Below are positions 1-10,468 of a stretch of 64,000 nucleotides of DNA, in pieces (position 1 is the stretch's first letter; every line of letters starts with the position of its first letter). The notes under the pieces were generated by a model. That model was given only the letters and a program-made list of their open reading frames with translations, made no database searches and was not told the DNA's origin. The DNA lies in assembly GCA_039931435.1 (NCBI GenBank), contig JBDTRY010000001.1:11084-75083 (forward strand). Reading direction: 5' to 3'. Origin of the DNA: Acidobacteriota bacterium. Its GTDB lineage: Bacteria > Acidobacteriota > Thermoanaerobaculia > Gp7-AA8. The position numbers and the translations under genes were made by a program.

Positions 1-3000
1 GTAGCCCGCAGGTCGCGAGGGTTCGTCGTTGGAATCGATGGCGTTGAGGTCGTAGACGCCGATGCCGAATCCGAACTGAGAGATCACGCCGTATGTCGTT
101 CGATTGCGGATGATGCGGAGACGATCGCCGGCGCGGGCAGCGATATTGGCGATGATCGCGGGAGTAAAGCTGGTCGAATCTCCAACCGCATCGCCAGACC
201 AGCGCATGTCCCGGGTGATGTTCTCAACCGTGATGCGCTGCAGGCGGTATGGATTCGCCGGATCGAAGGGCACCGTGACCCTGAGTCGTGCGAATCCTCC
301 ATCGAGCGGCTCGTCGCTGACGATCGACACGAGCGTGCGGAATGTCGCCAGGTCCACCTCTTCGCCAATGTCATCCTGAACGAGCAGCTGCAACTTCCGG
401 GGAATGGCCTCGGGGCGATCGGAAAGCACGGTGGCACTGCTCAGACCAAGTCCGCTGCTCACTCCCGGAGCCCAGGAAACGATCGCCGATGCGCCAGGCT
501 CGATGGACGCAGAACCACCCTCTCCGAAAAGGGACTCGAGTCGATAGGAACGGACAATTCCGAATTCCGGGGTCAGGCCTGTTGTGTAAAGGCGATTGTG
601 TCCGTCGCTGGCCACCGCCCAGTTGTCCGTGACTCCGGCGGGGATCGATGCAGCAAGCACCGGAGTGGCAGCGTGGGAAACGTCCCAGGCAGAGAGCCCG
701 CCGCTGAGAGCGGTGACGAAGAGCAGATTTCCGTTCAGGGACAGGTCGCGGATCTGGCCGCTGCTGATGTCGAACGATCCGAGATCGCCGCCCGGCTGCC
801 GAACCTGGAATCGCAGATCGAAGGGCTCAGTCAGCGGTGCAGTGGTCCCTCCGCCCGCCCGCGCCTGCCCGATGCGCATGCCATCCCGGTCTTGAATGTC
901 CTGACTGAGCCGCAGGCGGTAGAGGGCGCCGCGCGTCAGCGAGGATGGCAGATCGATGAGCAGCCGCCGGCCGTTGGAATCGAGCCGGTAGTGAACTCCG
1001 ACGACCGGGCCATAGGCAGGAACGTAACGAGGCGGAAGCGGATCGGGAGGACTCGCATCCTCTTCGAGGGTGAACAGCGACTGCAGGAACGAATCGACGC
1101 CGGCCTCGCTGCTGTCCGGCCCGGAGTTGATCGGCTCGCTGAATACAAGTGAAAGGAGGGTGCCCGGATCGACGTCGATCGTTGGCGCAGTGACAATGAC
1201 CTGATCGCCCACCGCAGCAGCTACCGCGTATTCGTTCGTGGCCAGGTCACGCGTGCGGTCGATCGTTCCACGTGTGGGGTCAAGAACGTTGATCGTGGCG
1301 TCCGCCGGAAGCTCGCTGGTGACGGGCACTTTGATTCTGGCGATTCCTCCCTGCAGCGTGACGTTCATTCCGGGGATCGAGGTGTCGGTGGCTCCCTCCC
1401 CGTTCAACAACACGGACTCGATGCGGAACGGAGTGCCGAAGACGGGATAGGGCCCGGCGGAATTGACGATGGGACTCTCGACCGTGACGCCGCTGCCGGG
1501 ATCGGTAACAGCGATGGGATCGTAGGCCTTTGAGAATGCCTGCTGTCCCGTGTTGGCATCGAAGCCCACGAGGGTGAACGGTTTGCCGCTGACGACCGGA
1601 AGGGCAACGCGACCGCGCTCGAGAAAGTAGGAGTGGGAGGCGTAGAGCGCTTCGTAGGTATCCCAGAAGAGGTCGTACTCAGGGTTCACGCCGTCGAGAA
1701 GAATCCATGCGGGGCTCGCCCCGGGCGGAACGTGCAGATCGACTACGGCGAAGATCCCGCTTCGTTCCAGCCCCAGCAGCGCATTCTTGACCTCGGTGCC
1801 GGTGAGGGTTTCGAGAGGCGAGAGGCGAGAGGCGAGAGGCGGGGGTTGAGAGGCGAGAGGTGAGAGGTGAGAGCTGAGAGGTGAGGCGTGAGAGGTGAGA
1901 GACGAGAGGCGAGAGGCGAGGGGTGAGGCTTGAGGCTCGTCGTTCATTGTCGCGCTGGTAGTCGCTGATTCGGTGGTGAAGTTGCCTCCGTCGAGGCGCA
2001 GGGTGTCGACGATCATGATTCGCGGGCCGCGAACGGATTGGCCCAGCGATCCGAGAAGGAAGTTGCGATTCGCAGTCAGAAGGCCGGAAGGAGTGGGAAG
2101 AGCGATCTCGAGCCGTTTCCTGGCGACGCATTCGATCGACGCCTGCGAACCACACCGGATCTCGACGCTGACGGCGGTGATGAAATCGAGGTCGTTGTCC
2201 AGGTTCGGGATGGCGGCGAACGGGTCTTTCCCTGTGGGTGCCACGTGGATTGTGGCCACGTCATCGAACGCCCCGGCCGGAACGTGAATCGTGATGCCGT
2301 CCTTCGAAGTGAAATCAGCGGCGTGATCCGGAGAGACGACAAACCCCTGGCCGTCCGACGTGACGAAAGGCGTGAGCGGAAGTACGGCCGCGACGTTCCC
2401 GGCACTGTTGATGACCTGAAGGTCGATGGAATCGGCGAGGGAGATCGAGTCGGGGCAGCGCGCACAACCGGCTTCAAACGAAAACGATCCATCGCTCGAA
2501 ACTGTAGCCTGATAGCGCGTTACGAAATCCACGCCACGTCGCACTGCCACCGCCTGCCATCCCGAAGTGATGGAGCCAGAGGTTCCGTAAATCCGGGACA
2601 CACCGTCCACAGGAATGGTGATGTGTATGCGGCGAGGGTCGACCGTGGAATCGGTGAGCTGGCTGATGGTCTCGAAGGTGAAGATCAGTGTCTGTCCGAG
2701 CGGCGTTCCGTTCGTGCCCCGGATTGCTGCCGACACGGTGACCATGTATCGGCCGTTGGGCTTCAGCCGCTCGCCGGGAGGTCGAGTCCACCCGAGACCT
2801 GCTGGATCGGCCGTGAGGATTCCGGGAACGATGGCGCCGGTGGCGTCGGTGAGCGACACCGCGCAAAGGCTCGTGCACGCGCCGGTCACCACCGAAGCCA
2901 CATCCAGGCCGGGGCTGACGTTGATGCGGATCGGCGTGGTCAGACTTACATTCTTCGCGCCATTTGCTGGCGTCGTGGATGTAATGACCGGGGGCTGCGG

Positions 3001-6000
3001 CGTGATGGGGAGATCGCCGATGCGCACAACCGATCCGAGGGCAGGGGCCGCGTTCGCGAGATATGCGGCGCCAGTTCCGGTGGTGGAGTGACGCGGCGTC
3101 AGGGCGAAGGGGGCGGCGGGCGCGGCCAGTACCGGTACGACGAAGAGACCGGAGGCGCGGGTGACGTCGGAGACGCCGAGCGCGGACGATCCTTGCGGCG
3201 TTCCGCCGGAAACGAGGGCATCGCCGAGGTAGATGCCGTCGCTGCGCAGGCGGACGGCGCCGGTGGCGAAGGCCAGAGGATTGTCCGCGACGAGCAGAAG
3301 GTAACGGCCTTCGTGGATGACGCCGTCGAGCGGAAGAATGGCGCGATCGATGGGAACAGTGGAAAGACGAGCGCCCGAAGGTGAAGGAGGAGGATCGATT
3401 GGGGCGACCTGTGCCACCATCCTGATGACGCGGCCGTAGGGCGTGGAGCCGAGAACTTCCGCGAGAATCAACTGCTCTGCGCCCGTCGCTGCATCGCGGG
3501 CAAAGGTGGCGCGGGCAGGCTTCAATAGCTCGAGCGGTGCGACAGCATTCTGCGCAGATGGATCAGCGGAATTTAGTGAGAGCTGGAAGCCGGCCAGGAT
3601 ACGAAATCCGGCGATCGCCCCGAACGACTGCAGCTCCTCCGCAGCGAGCGAGCTGGCCTGCGCGTGCAGCGCTTCATTCACGGCCCCTTCCGGAATCTCC
3701 ACCGCCACCCCGCTGTCCCCGGGCACGCGACCACCCTCGGGTCCCACCAGAGTTCCGCGGTCGAGCCTTCCGGGATAGGGCACCACGCGAACGTGATCGA
3801 ATCCGATCTCCAGGATGACCTGCGCAGCCCTGGGGCTCGGGGCGAGATGGAACCGGGCCTCGCCGGCGGCACCGTCGAGCGTGCGATAGATGAGGAGATC
3901 GGTGGCGAAGGGCGGATCGAGCACCGTCGAACCGTCCGCCAGGCGTAGTTCCTCATCCACCCAGGCCTGAACGGCCGTGCCGGATGGGAACTGTGGAGCC
4001 GGCGGCTGTGGCCCGTCGACGGAGATGCTGGCCACGGTCCTTCCCGTCGGGGCAACGATGGCCGGGTCGAGCGTGAAGCTTCGGGCGGTGAGAGAACATC
4101 CTTCCTCCAGCGAAGCACAGGAGTCGCTGATTCCCTGAAGCGGCGCGTTCCTCACCGGAGCCGGCGGAGAGACGCGTGGAGGCAGGTCACGATAGACAAG
4201 AGCGTACGATCCTGTAGTCAATATGTTGACTGTCACGGAGTCACCGCTGACACTCGCGGCGGGGTCGAGAACGATCCATTCGTCACGCTCGGAGTCGTAC
4301 TGAACGGCGGCCAGTGTCTGTGCTGCGCTGACGATGGCCGCTCCGGGAACGGCGAAGGTCAGGGCGGCGGAGGCCAGGCTGGAACGCTCCGGCTCCCGGC
4401 TCGAAGACACTTCGGCGGCTGCCAGCGGAGACCATCCGAGCGGAAGCAGACCGGGAAGGGCCTGGGCCCCGAGGGATGTGAGACGGATCGAGGTTCCGGG
4501 ATCGAGGCTGCCAGCGGGAACGTACAGAGTGACGCGACCACGCACGACGTCGGTACCTCCATCGCTCAGATCGAGATCGTCGCCGCTGGTGTCACCACTC
4601 TCCCCTCTCGTCTCGAGGCGTACATCGATGGGCACGACGCCCTGCCCCGCTGCGACGATAATCTGGCGCCAGGCTCCGGTGTGATCGGGCGCCGTAATTT
4701 GAATCGTGTGCGCGCCCTCGGGAACCCTGACCGTGTAACGGCCGCGGGCGTCGGTGGTTGCCGTGAATGTCTGTGCGGTGATCGTCGACTGCGCGGCGAG
4801 GGTTCTTCCCTCACCCGGCCCGGACACGGCGCGCGGGACTGAGCTCTTTGAGGTCTGGCTTCCCGTGACGCTCCCAACACTGAACGCATTCACGGGAACT
4901 TCTACGGTAACCGTTGCTCCGGCCAGCGGCCGGCCCGTGGTTGCGTCGAAGACTTCTCCGCTGATGAAACCGGATCCGTCTCCTGGCGGCGGCTCCTCGC
5001 CCTGGACCGTGAATGTCTGCGAGAACGCAGCGGTGAGGTTGTTTCCGGCCACGTCTTTCACGGCAGGGGTCACCGCCAGCGTGAACGTGATGGCGCTGAG
5101 GTCCTGTGCGGGTGCGATTGTCACCGAAGCGGGATTCAATACAGACACTGATCCGGATGCAGAGGTGCCAGAGGCCAGCTGCAAATGGACGGACCCCGAC
5201 GGTCCGACGGAGATGCTCGCCGGATCGACAGCTCCGGAGAAGGCGACGGTGATTCTGTTTGCTGTCCGATCGAAGGCGGCACTGAGCACCCGTACTCCGC
5301 CGCACACCGTCTGAAACGAGGATTCCGCCGCAGGCGAGAGCGAACCGTCGGCACCGGCAACGCGCACTCGCACGACGCGTACTCCTGCCTGTCCGGAAGC
5401 GGGAAGGCTGAACGAGAACCGCCCCGAGGAGTCGGCATCGGCGTTCAACACGAGAAGCCCGGACTGCAAACGAATTCTCGATCCCGATGGAGCGGATCCC
5501 GCGACGGTTACATTGCCGGTGCAGACGCCGATGATGGGGTCGAGCACGGGTGGTTGCAGCGGTGCAGTCGAGGCCACCGTAAATGAGGCGGCGAAGGGTG
5601 TGGCCAGGATGTTCCCGCCGAGGTCCTGGGCGCCGGTTGAAAGGGCGATGGTGTAACGCTCGCCGGCGGTGAGCAGGGCAGCGGGGCTGAAACTGAGCAC
5701 ATCGTTGTCGACATTGAAACTTCCGGTGACTGGCGTGCCACTCGAGGATCGAAGGGTGAAGGCGCCGCTGGTGGATGTGCCCTGCATGGCTGCAGAGAAA
5801 GAAACGAGGATGATCGCGCCGTTCTCGACGCTGAGTGCTCCATCCGCGGGAAACGTCTGCAGCACACGAGGAGCGGATGTCAGGTTCGTGACCCGGATGA
5901 GATCGACGGCCGAACGTCCGTCGGGCTGTCTCACTCTGGCCACGATCTGCGTAAGGCCGCTCGTCGAGAATGGCACGGTAGCGGTGAATCCCGACCCGCT

Positions 6001-9000
6001 GACGGCCGCGCTCGCACCGTTCACTTCCACCGTCGATCCCGGCGTTGCAGAGAAGGCACCGCTCACGGCGAGAGAAGCGCCCTCAGCGATTCCGAATACG
6101 GAGTTATCGAGCGGTTGGGCGATGGAAATGGATGGATCGCCGCTGACACCCGTGACGCTGATCAACGCCGAAGCCTGTCTGCCGAGCTGATCGCGTGCAG
6201 TGACGCTGATGGAGTTCACTCCGGCGGCCAGCGGTACATCCCCGCGGAAGGTTCCCGAAGAATCGTTGCGGCGGGTGGTGGTTCCAGGTGTCGACGCTCC
6301 AGTGGTCACATTGGTGAGAACAACAGTGGACGGATCGAGGCGGCTCCAGGTTCCCGAAACACGGAGGCTCGTACTACCTGTCGAGAAATTCTCCGCCGGT
6401 GCGGTGATGGTCAGGATTGGCTGTCCGGCGATTCTCGTCACACGCCGTGACGCCTGGCCCAGGCCATTGCCGGCATTGCGGCCACGGGCGACGAGAATAT
6501 TCGCTCCGTCGCTCAGGGGCACGTTCGCAGCGGTGAACGTACCGGCATTGATGACTGCGGAGACGCCGTTGACGTCAGCGGAGGTCGCGCTGGCGTCGAT
6601 CGTTCCCGAGACAGTGATTGACGTATCGGCCGTCGCCAGTCCCTCCTCCGGAGTGGTGATGGTGATCGACGGGTTGCCAGTGACGCGGAAAAAGGTCAGC
6701 GTCACAGGATTGCCCGTTGCAGCACCGGCGGCATCGGCGCATGAAATGGTGAAGACGTTCGCCCCTTCGCTGGGCAGCTCGAGGGTGGCAAGGAAGGACG
6801 ACCCGGCCATGGTTGTGCTGGCTCCGTTCACCTTCACCCCGGCGGCACCGCCGCTCTGCCCGGTGAGAAGCACCGAAGAGGCTGTGACCACGGAATGGTC
6901 GGCGGGATCGAAATCGCGAAGATCGCAGCCACCGACCGTGGAGTTTGCGCCGATGGAGAAATTGCGTTCCATCCGAGTTTCGTTCCCCGCGGCATCGCGG
7001 CCGGTGGCGATGGCCGTGTGGCCGCCGGGAACGTTGACCGTAGCCGGCGAAGTGACGGGAGCGCCGTCGATATTCAACCGCGAGGTGACCGTCGAAGCAT
7101 CCGTTGCGTTCACGGAGATCACAGCCTGGCTGGGGAAGGTGGCCCCTTCGGACAGAGGCTGGCCCGATTCCAGGATCTCCAGAGATGGCGGCGTGAAGTC
7201 CCCTCGCACATGCACAGAAATTTGTGCACCGGCAGCACTTCCTGCAGAGACCGTGACCGTAATCGTGTTCTCCCCTTCGGCCAATGGCAGAGCAGCGAGG
7301 ATGAAATCGCCCGCTGAATCGACCGCGACGTCGGTGGCATTGATTCGGACCGACGAGCTCCCGGGCTTGAGCAGCCTTCCGCTGACGCGTGTGCTCGTTC
7401 GATTGGTGATCAGACCCTCGGGAGGCCAGGTAAGAATGATTCCGGTCGTTGCCGTCTCGCGGGTGACCACTACCTGGTCACTGCCGATGTTGCCCGCTGC
7501 GTCCGCAGCGGTGGCGGTGATCACCGTTTCGCCGTAGTCCAGCGGGAGGGAGGCGAGCAAAAACGATCCCGAGGTCACGGCTGAGCGAATGCCGTTCACA
7601 GTGGCCGACGACGATTCGGTTGCGGTGCCACGAACCTCGACGGTGCTCCCCTGGACGGCACCGGCGACCGGCGATGTGATTTTCACCACCGGCGCGGATT
7701 GATCGATGACGAAGCTTGTCTGCGCGTGACCCGAATGCCCCTGCGCATCCGTGGCGTCCGCTGTGACGGAGTAGCTGCCTTCGGCAACAATCGACGTCCC
7801 TGGAGTGAACGCAGCTCCATTGAGTTGAGCGGAAATCGTGGCCGGTCCATCTGTGCGAACGGTCGGCGCGATGGGATGGTTGAAGAGCGTGCCCGGAGCG
7901 ATGGGCAACCCGTTCTCCACGATCTCCACGCCGGGCGCTTTTGTATCGACTGTCACCCGGTACTCCGTTCGCGAACTGTTTCCGGCACGGTCGGTGGCCA
8001 CGAGCGAGAAGCGATTGAGCCCCTCGATGAACGGAACTCCGCTGAGGGTGAAGGACCCATTGGCCGGAACTGCGCCCACCGGCGTTCCGATCAGCGCCAC
8101 TTCGACAGCATCGGCGTCGGTCGTTCCGCCGATCGACGAAGGCATCGTAGCGACGCTGCTCCCGTCCGTTGGAGTGAGATTGCGCACGACGGGCGGGGTG
8201 GTGTCGATCTCGAAGTCGACGGTGCGCTCGGCCCTGTTGCCTGCGCAATCGACGGCCACGAGGGTGAGACGGTGACTGCCCTCAGCGGAGATGGCGGTTC
8301 CCGGAACGAACGGTGTCCCGTCCAGCGTGGCCACCAGCGAGGCTGACGGGTCGAGATCGGAGGCGCGCACAGAAAGCGAGACGGGCTCGTTCGCGAGAGC
8401 CGCGTCGAACGGCAGACCGCCGCGAGTTACTTCGATTGCCGGGGCCGTGCGATCGATGATCACCGTCCGGACGATCGAGGTGCGATGACTGGCGGAATCC
8501 AGAGCCTCCACCGTCAGCGACGCCCGGCCTTCCGGCATGTCTGCCAGGGTTGCGGTGAACTGCCCCGTTCCTTTGTCCAGCACGACCGGAGCGCTCACGG
8601 TTCCGTTGCGTACCTCGACGCGGTCGATGTGAGGATCGCTGGCCGTGCCCGTGACGGAGAGCGATCCCGTGCTCACGCAGGCAGCAGCGCCCGGTGACGA
8701 AAGAACGAGCAGCGGTGGCTGTGAATCGACGACGAGATCGATCGATGCCGTGGCAACTCGGCCTGAAGTCGACCGAGCTGTGGCCGTGACTACGTTCGCC
8801 CCTTCATTGAGCGGGACCGCCGCCGAGAACGCGCCGGCAACGACGTCGAATGCGGCGTTCACTCCATTCACGGTCACGGACTGCGCGTTCGCCGCGCGGC
8901 CCGTCACGGTGACGAGCAGTACGGGAACGATCTGGCCGCCCGATCCGGGAGAGGCAATGGACACCGTGGGATCGCCGCTCCCGCTTGCATGGGAGATTGA

Positions 9001-10299
9001 AAAATTCAATCGTGCTGTGGCGCGGTTGCCTGCAGCATCGATGGCTTCCACTTCGATCGTGTGCGGCCCATCCGCGGAAACGACTGCCAGCGACGCATAG
9101 GGAACTCCGTCGAGCGTTGCCGACGAAGTGAAGGTGGAGGCGTCGGTGACGCGGATCTCAATCTGTACATCACGTCCGAAGGCTGCCCCTTCAGCGATGG
9201 GCAGTCCGGACTCGAAGAAGGCGATGACCGGGGGAATGGTGTCGACCGGCCCACCAGTCTTACTTATGATGAATCGCCACTCCACACTGGAGCTGTTGCC
9301 GGAGGAATCGGTCGCCTGGACGACCAGTGTGTGCACTCCCTCCGCGGTGATCGGGGCGAGCGATGTGTAGTCGTTGCCGTCGAGCCTGGCCGTGGAGGTG
9401 AAAGCCGACTGATCGGAAACGCGGATCTCGATGCGTACATCGCGATCGAAGACAGCGTCCTGTGTGAGCGGAGATCCCGACTCGAAGAGCTCGATCGTGG
9501 GCGGAAAGATATCGGCGGGAGTCTGGCCGGTCCCATTCGTGGCGGTGAGCGCGATGTCGTCGAACAGGGCGTCCGGCAGTCTCTGATCGTCGCCGGGCTG
9601 GACGGCTCGTGTCCGGCTGACCCGCGCGGCCCACAGTCCGAAAGTTCCGCCGGACGGACGGACGGCGCGGGCATCCAGAGCGTTGATACTCCACGTCTGC
9701 GGCTCGATCGTCCCGTCAGGCCAGAAACGAGCGCGAACGAGATTGCCATCGTCGAAGCTGTCGATGCTCACAGCGAAGCGGTACCACCGCGAGGTGGGGA
9801 TCGTCGTCGCTGCGTCCGTGACTCCTGACAACGGAGCGTCTCCAGCAAACAGCTGCATGCGCAGAGCGTTGCCGTTCTTCCCCGGCCAGAGCCCGATCAG
9901 GTAAGGCGCCGGCTTCTCTGGCAGAGAGGCCAGAAGTGCCACACCCACACGCGTCTCACCGGCGCCGCGGAACAGCCGGCCGCGCAACTCCATGTGTCCG
10001 CGCGCTGGCAATGAAAGATCGGGCCGCGCTGAGATCGTACCGATAGCCGGACTCTCTCCGGCAGGACTGCCAGAGCTCTGGCGAACTCCGTAAGCCTGGT
10101 TCTGCGGATCGAGCGGATCGCGCCAGACCACAAATGCAGAGGGCGGCGCAGGTTGCAACAGGGCGAGAGCGACGTCCGTCCACCCGGCCGGATGGGTACC
10201 GGCGGCGATCGACTGAAAGTCTTCCGTAACGGAGACGGCACTCTGAGCGAAGGCCGTAGCGGGAGCGAACGACGTCCACAAGAGAATTACGAGAGCCAT
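1..10299 (-). CDS. Giant secreted repeat protein B (partial; at least 3,433 codons, 3' end beyond window position 1). Signal peptide, Ig-like/CarboxypepD_reg-like repeats, PLASRLS heptad linker, LVIVD-type beta-propeller-like C-terminal segment.
   Basis: ATG at 10299..10297 gives MALVILLWTSFAPATAFA|QSAVSV, a Sec-type signal peptide. Hand translation of 10299->9600, 1980->1800 and 120->1 in this frame is stop-free. Every minus-strand ORF listed in the track between 1 and 10299 lies in one of the other two frames, as expected if this frame is one uninterrupted ORF cut by the window edge (the track omits edge-truncated ORFs). Last visible residues ...GVISQFGFGIGVYDLNAIDSNDEP resemble the VYDIS/VWDVSDPS beta-propeller motifs of the adjacent giant gene. 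Confidence 0.8.
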   Translation of the reverse strand, partial: MALVILLWTSFAPATAFAQSAVSVTEDFQSIAAGTHPAGWTDVALALLQPAPPSAFVVWRDPLDPQNQAYGVRQSSGSPAGESPAIGTISARPDLSLPARGHMELRGRLFRGAGETRVGVALLASLPEKPAPYLIGLWPGKNGNALRMQLFAGDAPLSGVTDAATTIPTSRWYRFAVSIDSFDDGNLVRARFWPDGTIEPQTWSINALDARAVRPSGGTFGLWAARVSRTRAVQPGDDQRLPDALFDDIALTATNGTGQTPADIFPPTIELFESGSPLTQDAVFDRDVRIEIRVSDQSAFTSTARLDGNDYTSLAPITAEGVHTLVVQATDSSGNSSSVEWRFIISKTGGPVDTIPPVIAFFESGLPIAEGAAFGRDVQIEIRVTDASTFTSSATLDGVPYASLAVVSADGPHTIEVEAIDAAGNRATARLNFSISHASGSGDPTVSIASPGSGGQIVPVLLVTVTGRAANAQSVTVNGVNAAFDVVAGAFSAAVPLNEGANVVTATARSTSGRVATASIDLVVDSQPPLLVLSSPGAAACVSTGSLSVTGTASDPHIDRVEVRNGTVSAPVVLDKGTGQFTATLADMPEGRASLTVEALDSASHRTSIVRTVIIDRTAPAIEVTRGGLPFDAALANEPVSLSVRASDLDPSASLVATLDGTPFVPGTAISAEGSHRLTLVAVDCAGNRAERTVDFEIDTTPPVVRNLTPTDGSSVATMPSSIGGTTDADAVEVALIGTPVGAVPANGSFTLSGVPFIEGLNRFSLVATDRAGNSSRTEYRVTVDTKAPGVEIVENGLPIAPGTLFNHPIAPTVRTDGPATISAQLNGAAFTPGTSIVAEGSYSVTADATDAQGHSGHAQTSFVIDQSAPVVKITSPVAGAVQGSTVEVRGTATESSSATVNGIRSAVTSGSFLLASLPLDYGETVITATAADAAGNIGSDQVVVTRETATTGIILTWPPEGLITNRTSTRVSGRLLKPGSSSVRINATDVAVDSAGDFILAALPLAEGENTITVTVSAGSAAGAQISVHVRGDFTPPSLEILESGQPLSEGATFPSQAVISVNATDASTVTSRLNIDGAPVTSPATVNVPGGHTAIATGRDAAGNETRMERNFSIGANSTVGGCDLRDFDPADHSVVTASSVLLTGQSGGAAGVKVNGASTTMAGSSFLATLELPSEGANVFTISCADAAGAATGNPVTLTFFRVTGNPSITITTPEEGLATADTSITVSGTIDASATSADVNGVSAVINAGTFTAANVPLSDGANILVARGRNAGNGLGQASRRVTRIAGQPILTITAPAENFSTGSTSLRVSGTWSRLDPSTVVLTNVTTGASTPGTTTRRNDSSGTFRGDVPLAAGVNSISVTARDQLGRQASALISVTGVSGDPSISIAQPLDNSVFGIAEGASLAVSGAFSATPGSTVEVNGASAAVSGSGFTATVPFSTSGLTQIVARVRQPDGRSAVDLIRVTNLTSAPRVLQTFPADGALSVENGAIILVSFSAAMQGTSTSGAFTLRSSSGTPVTGSFNVDNDVLSFSPAALLTAGERYTIALSTGAQDLGGNILATPFAASFTVASTAPLQPPVLDPIIGVCTGNVTVAGSAPSGSRIRLQSGLLVLNADADSSGRFSFSLPASGQAGVRVVRVRVAGADGSLSPAAESSFQTVCGGVRVLSAAFDRTANRITVAFSGAVDPASISVGPSGSVHLQLASGTSASGSVSVLNPASVTIAPAQDLSAITFTLAVTPAVKDVAGNNLTAAFSQTFTVQGEEPPPGDGSGFISGEVFDATTGRPLAGATVTVEVPVNAFSVGSVTGSQTSKSSVPRAVSGPGEGRTLAAQSTITAQTFTATTDARGRYTVRVPEGAHTIQITAPDHTGAWRQIIVAAGQGVVPIDVRLETRGESGDTSGDDLDLSDGGTDVVRGRVTLYVPAGSLDPGTSIRLTSLGAQALPGLLPLGWSPLAAAEVSSSREPERSSLASAALTFAVPGAAIVSAAQTLAAVQYDSERDEWIVLDPAASVSGDSVTVNILTTGSYALVYRDLPPRVSPPAPVRNAPLQGISDSCASLEEGCSLTARSFTLDPAIVAPTGRTVASISVDGPQPPAPQFPSGTAVQAWVDEELRLADGSTVLDPPFATDLLIYRTLDGAAGEARFHLAPSPRAAQVILEIGFDHVRVVPYPGRLDRGTLVGPEGGRVPGDSGVAVEIPEGAVNEALHAQASSLAAEELQSFGAIAGFRILAGFQLSLNSADPSAQNAVAPLELLKPARATFARDAATGAEQLILAEVLGSTPYGRVIRMVAQVAPIDPPPSPSGARLSTVPIDRAILPLDGVIHEGRYLLLVADNPLAFATGAVRLRSDGIYLGDALVSGGTPQGSSALGVSDVTRASGLFVVPVLAAPAAPFALTPRHSTTGTGAAYLANAAPALGSVVRIGDLPITPQPPVITSTTPANGAKNVSLTTPIRINVSPGLDVASVVTGACTSLCAVSLTDATGAIVPGILTADPAGLGWTRPPGERLKPNGRYMVTVSAAIRGTNGTPLGQTLIFTFETISQLTDSTVDPRRIHITIPVDGVSRIYGTSGSITSGWQAVAVRRGVDFVTRYQATVSSDGSFSFEAGCARCPDSISLADSIDLQVINSAGNVAAVLPLTPFVTSDGQGFVVSPDHAADFTSKDGITIHVPAGAFDDVATIHVAPTGKDPFAAIPNLDNDLDFITAVSVEIRCGSQASIECVARKRLEIALPTPSGLLTANRNFLLGSLGQSVRGPRIMIVDTLRLDGGNFTTESATTSATMNDEPQASPLASRLSSLTSHASPLSSHLSPLASQPPPLASRLSPLETLTGTEVKNALLGLERSGIFAVVDLHVPPGASPAWILLDGVNPEYDLFWDTYEALYASHSYFLERGRVALPVVSGKPFTLVGFDANTGQQAFSKAYDPIAVTDPGSGVTVESPIVNSAGPYPVFGTPFRIESVLLNGEGATDTSIPGMNVTLQGGIARIKVPVTSELPADATINVLDPTRGTIDRTRDLATNEYAVAAAVGDQVIVTAPTIDVDPGTLLSLVFSEPINSGPDSSEAGVDSFLQSLFTLEEDASPPDPLPPRYVPAYGPVVGVHYRLDSNGRRLLIDLPSSLTRGALYRLRLSQDIQDRDGMRIGQARAGGGTTAPLTEPFDLRFQVRQPGGDLGSFDISSGQIRDLSLNGNLLFVTALSGGLSAWDVSHAATPVLAASIPAGVTDNWAVASDGHNRLYTTGLTPEFGIVRSYRLESLFGEGGSASIEPGASAIVSWAPGVSSGLGLSSATVLSDRPEAIPRKLQLLVQDDIGEEVDLATFRTLVSIVSDEPLDGGFARLRVTVPFDPANPYRLQRITVENITRDMRWSGDAVGDSTSFTPAIIANIAARAGDRLRIIRNRTTYGVISQFGFGIGVYDLNAIDSNDEPSRPAGY
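1812..1937 (-). repeat. Heptanucleotide tandem repeat, (YGAGAGG) x 18 units (plus strand); 126 bp, partly degenerate (4 perfect CGAGAGG units at 1812-1839). It lies inside the coding frame of giant gene B and encodes 6 heptad repeats (PLASRLS/SLTSHAS/PLSSHLS/PLASQPP/PLASRLS).
   Basis: Read directly from sequence: cgagagg cgagagg cgagagg cgagagg cgggggt tgagagg cgagagg tgagagg tgagagc tgagagg tgaggcg tgagagg tgagaga cgagagg cgagagg cgagggg tgaggct tgaggct. All three minus-strand frames are stop-free across it (the track ORF 1679..2155 is another frame through the same repeat). Confidence 0.85.
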
Positions 10300-10468
10300 G
10301 AATCGACAGCTGATGACGCCATCAGCGATCCATTTCGCAGCTCCGTCCGCCGGTACCCAATCGCGCCACGGTCTGATGTTCAAACGGTCTCCCGGACTCT
10401 TCTTATCGAAGCGTTGACGTGCCTCGTATGCGGCAAAAATCGCATCATTCATTGGTCTCCGCATCGCC

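Noticed and set aside
10300-10468. Possible intrinsic terminator between the two giant genes (CTCAC-agcgcc-GTGAG hairpin spanning the stop; AUGCG...CGCAU stem)
   Set aside because: The stems are short and there is no U-tract. It is more likely that A and B are co-transcribed.
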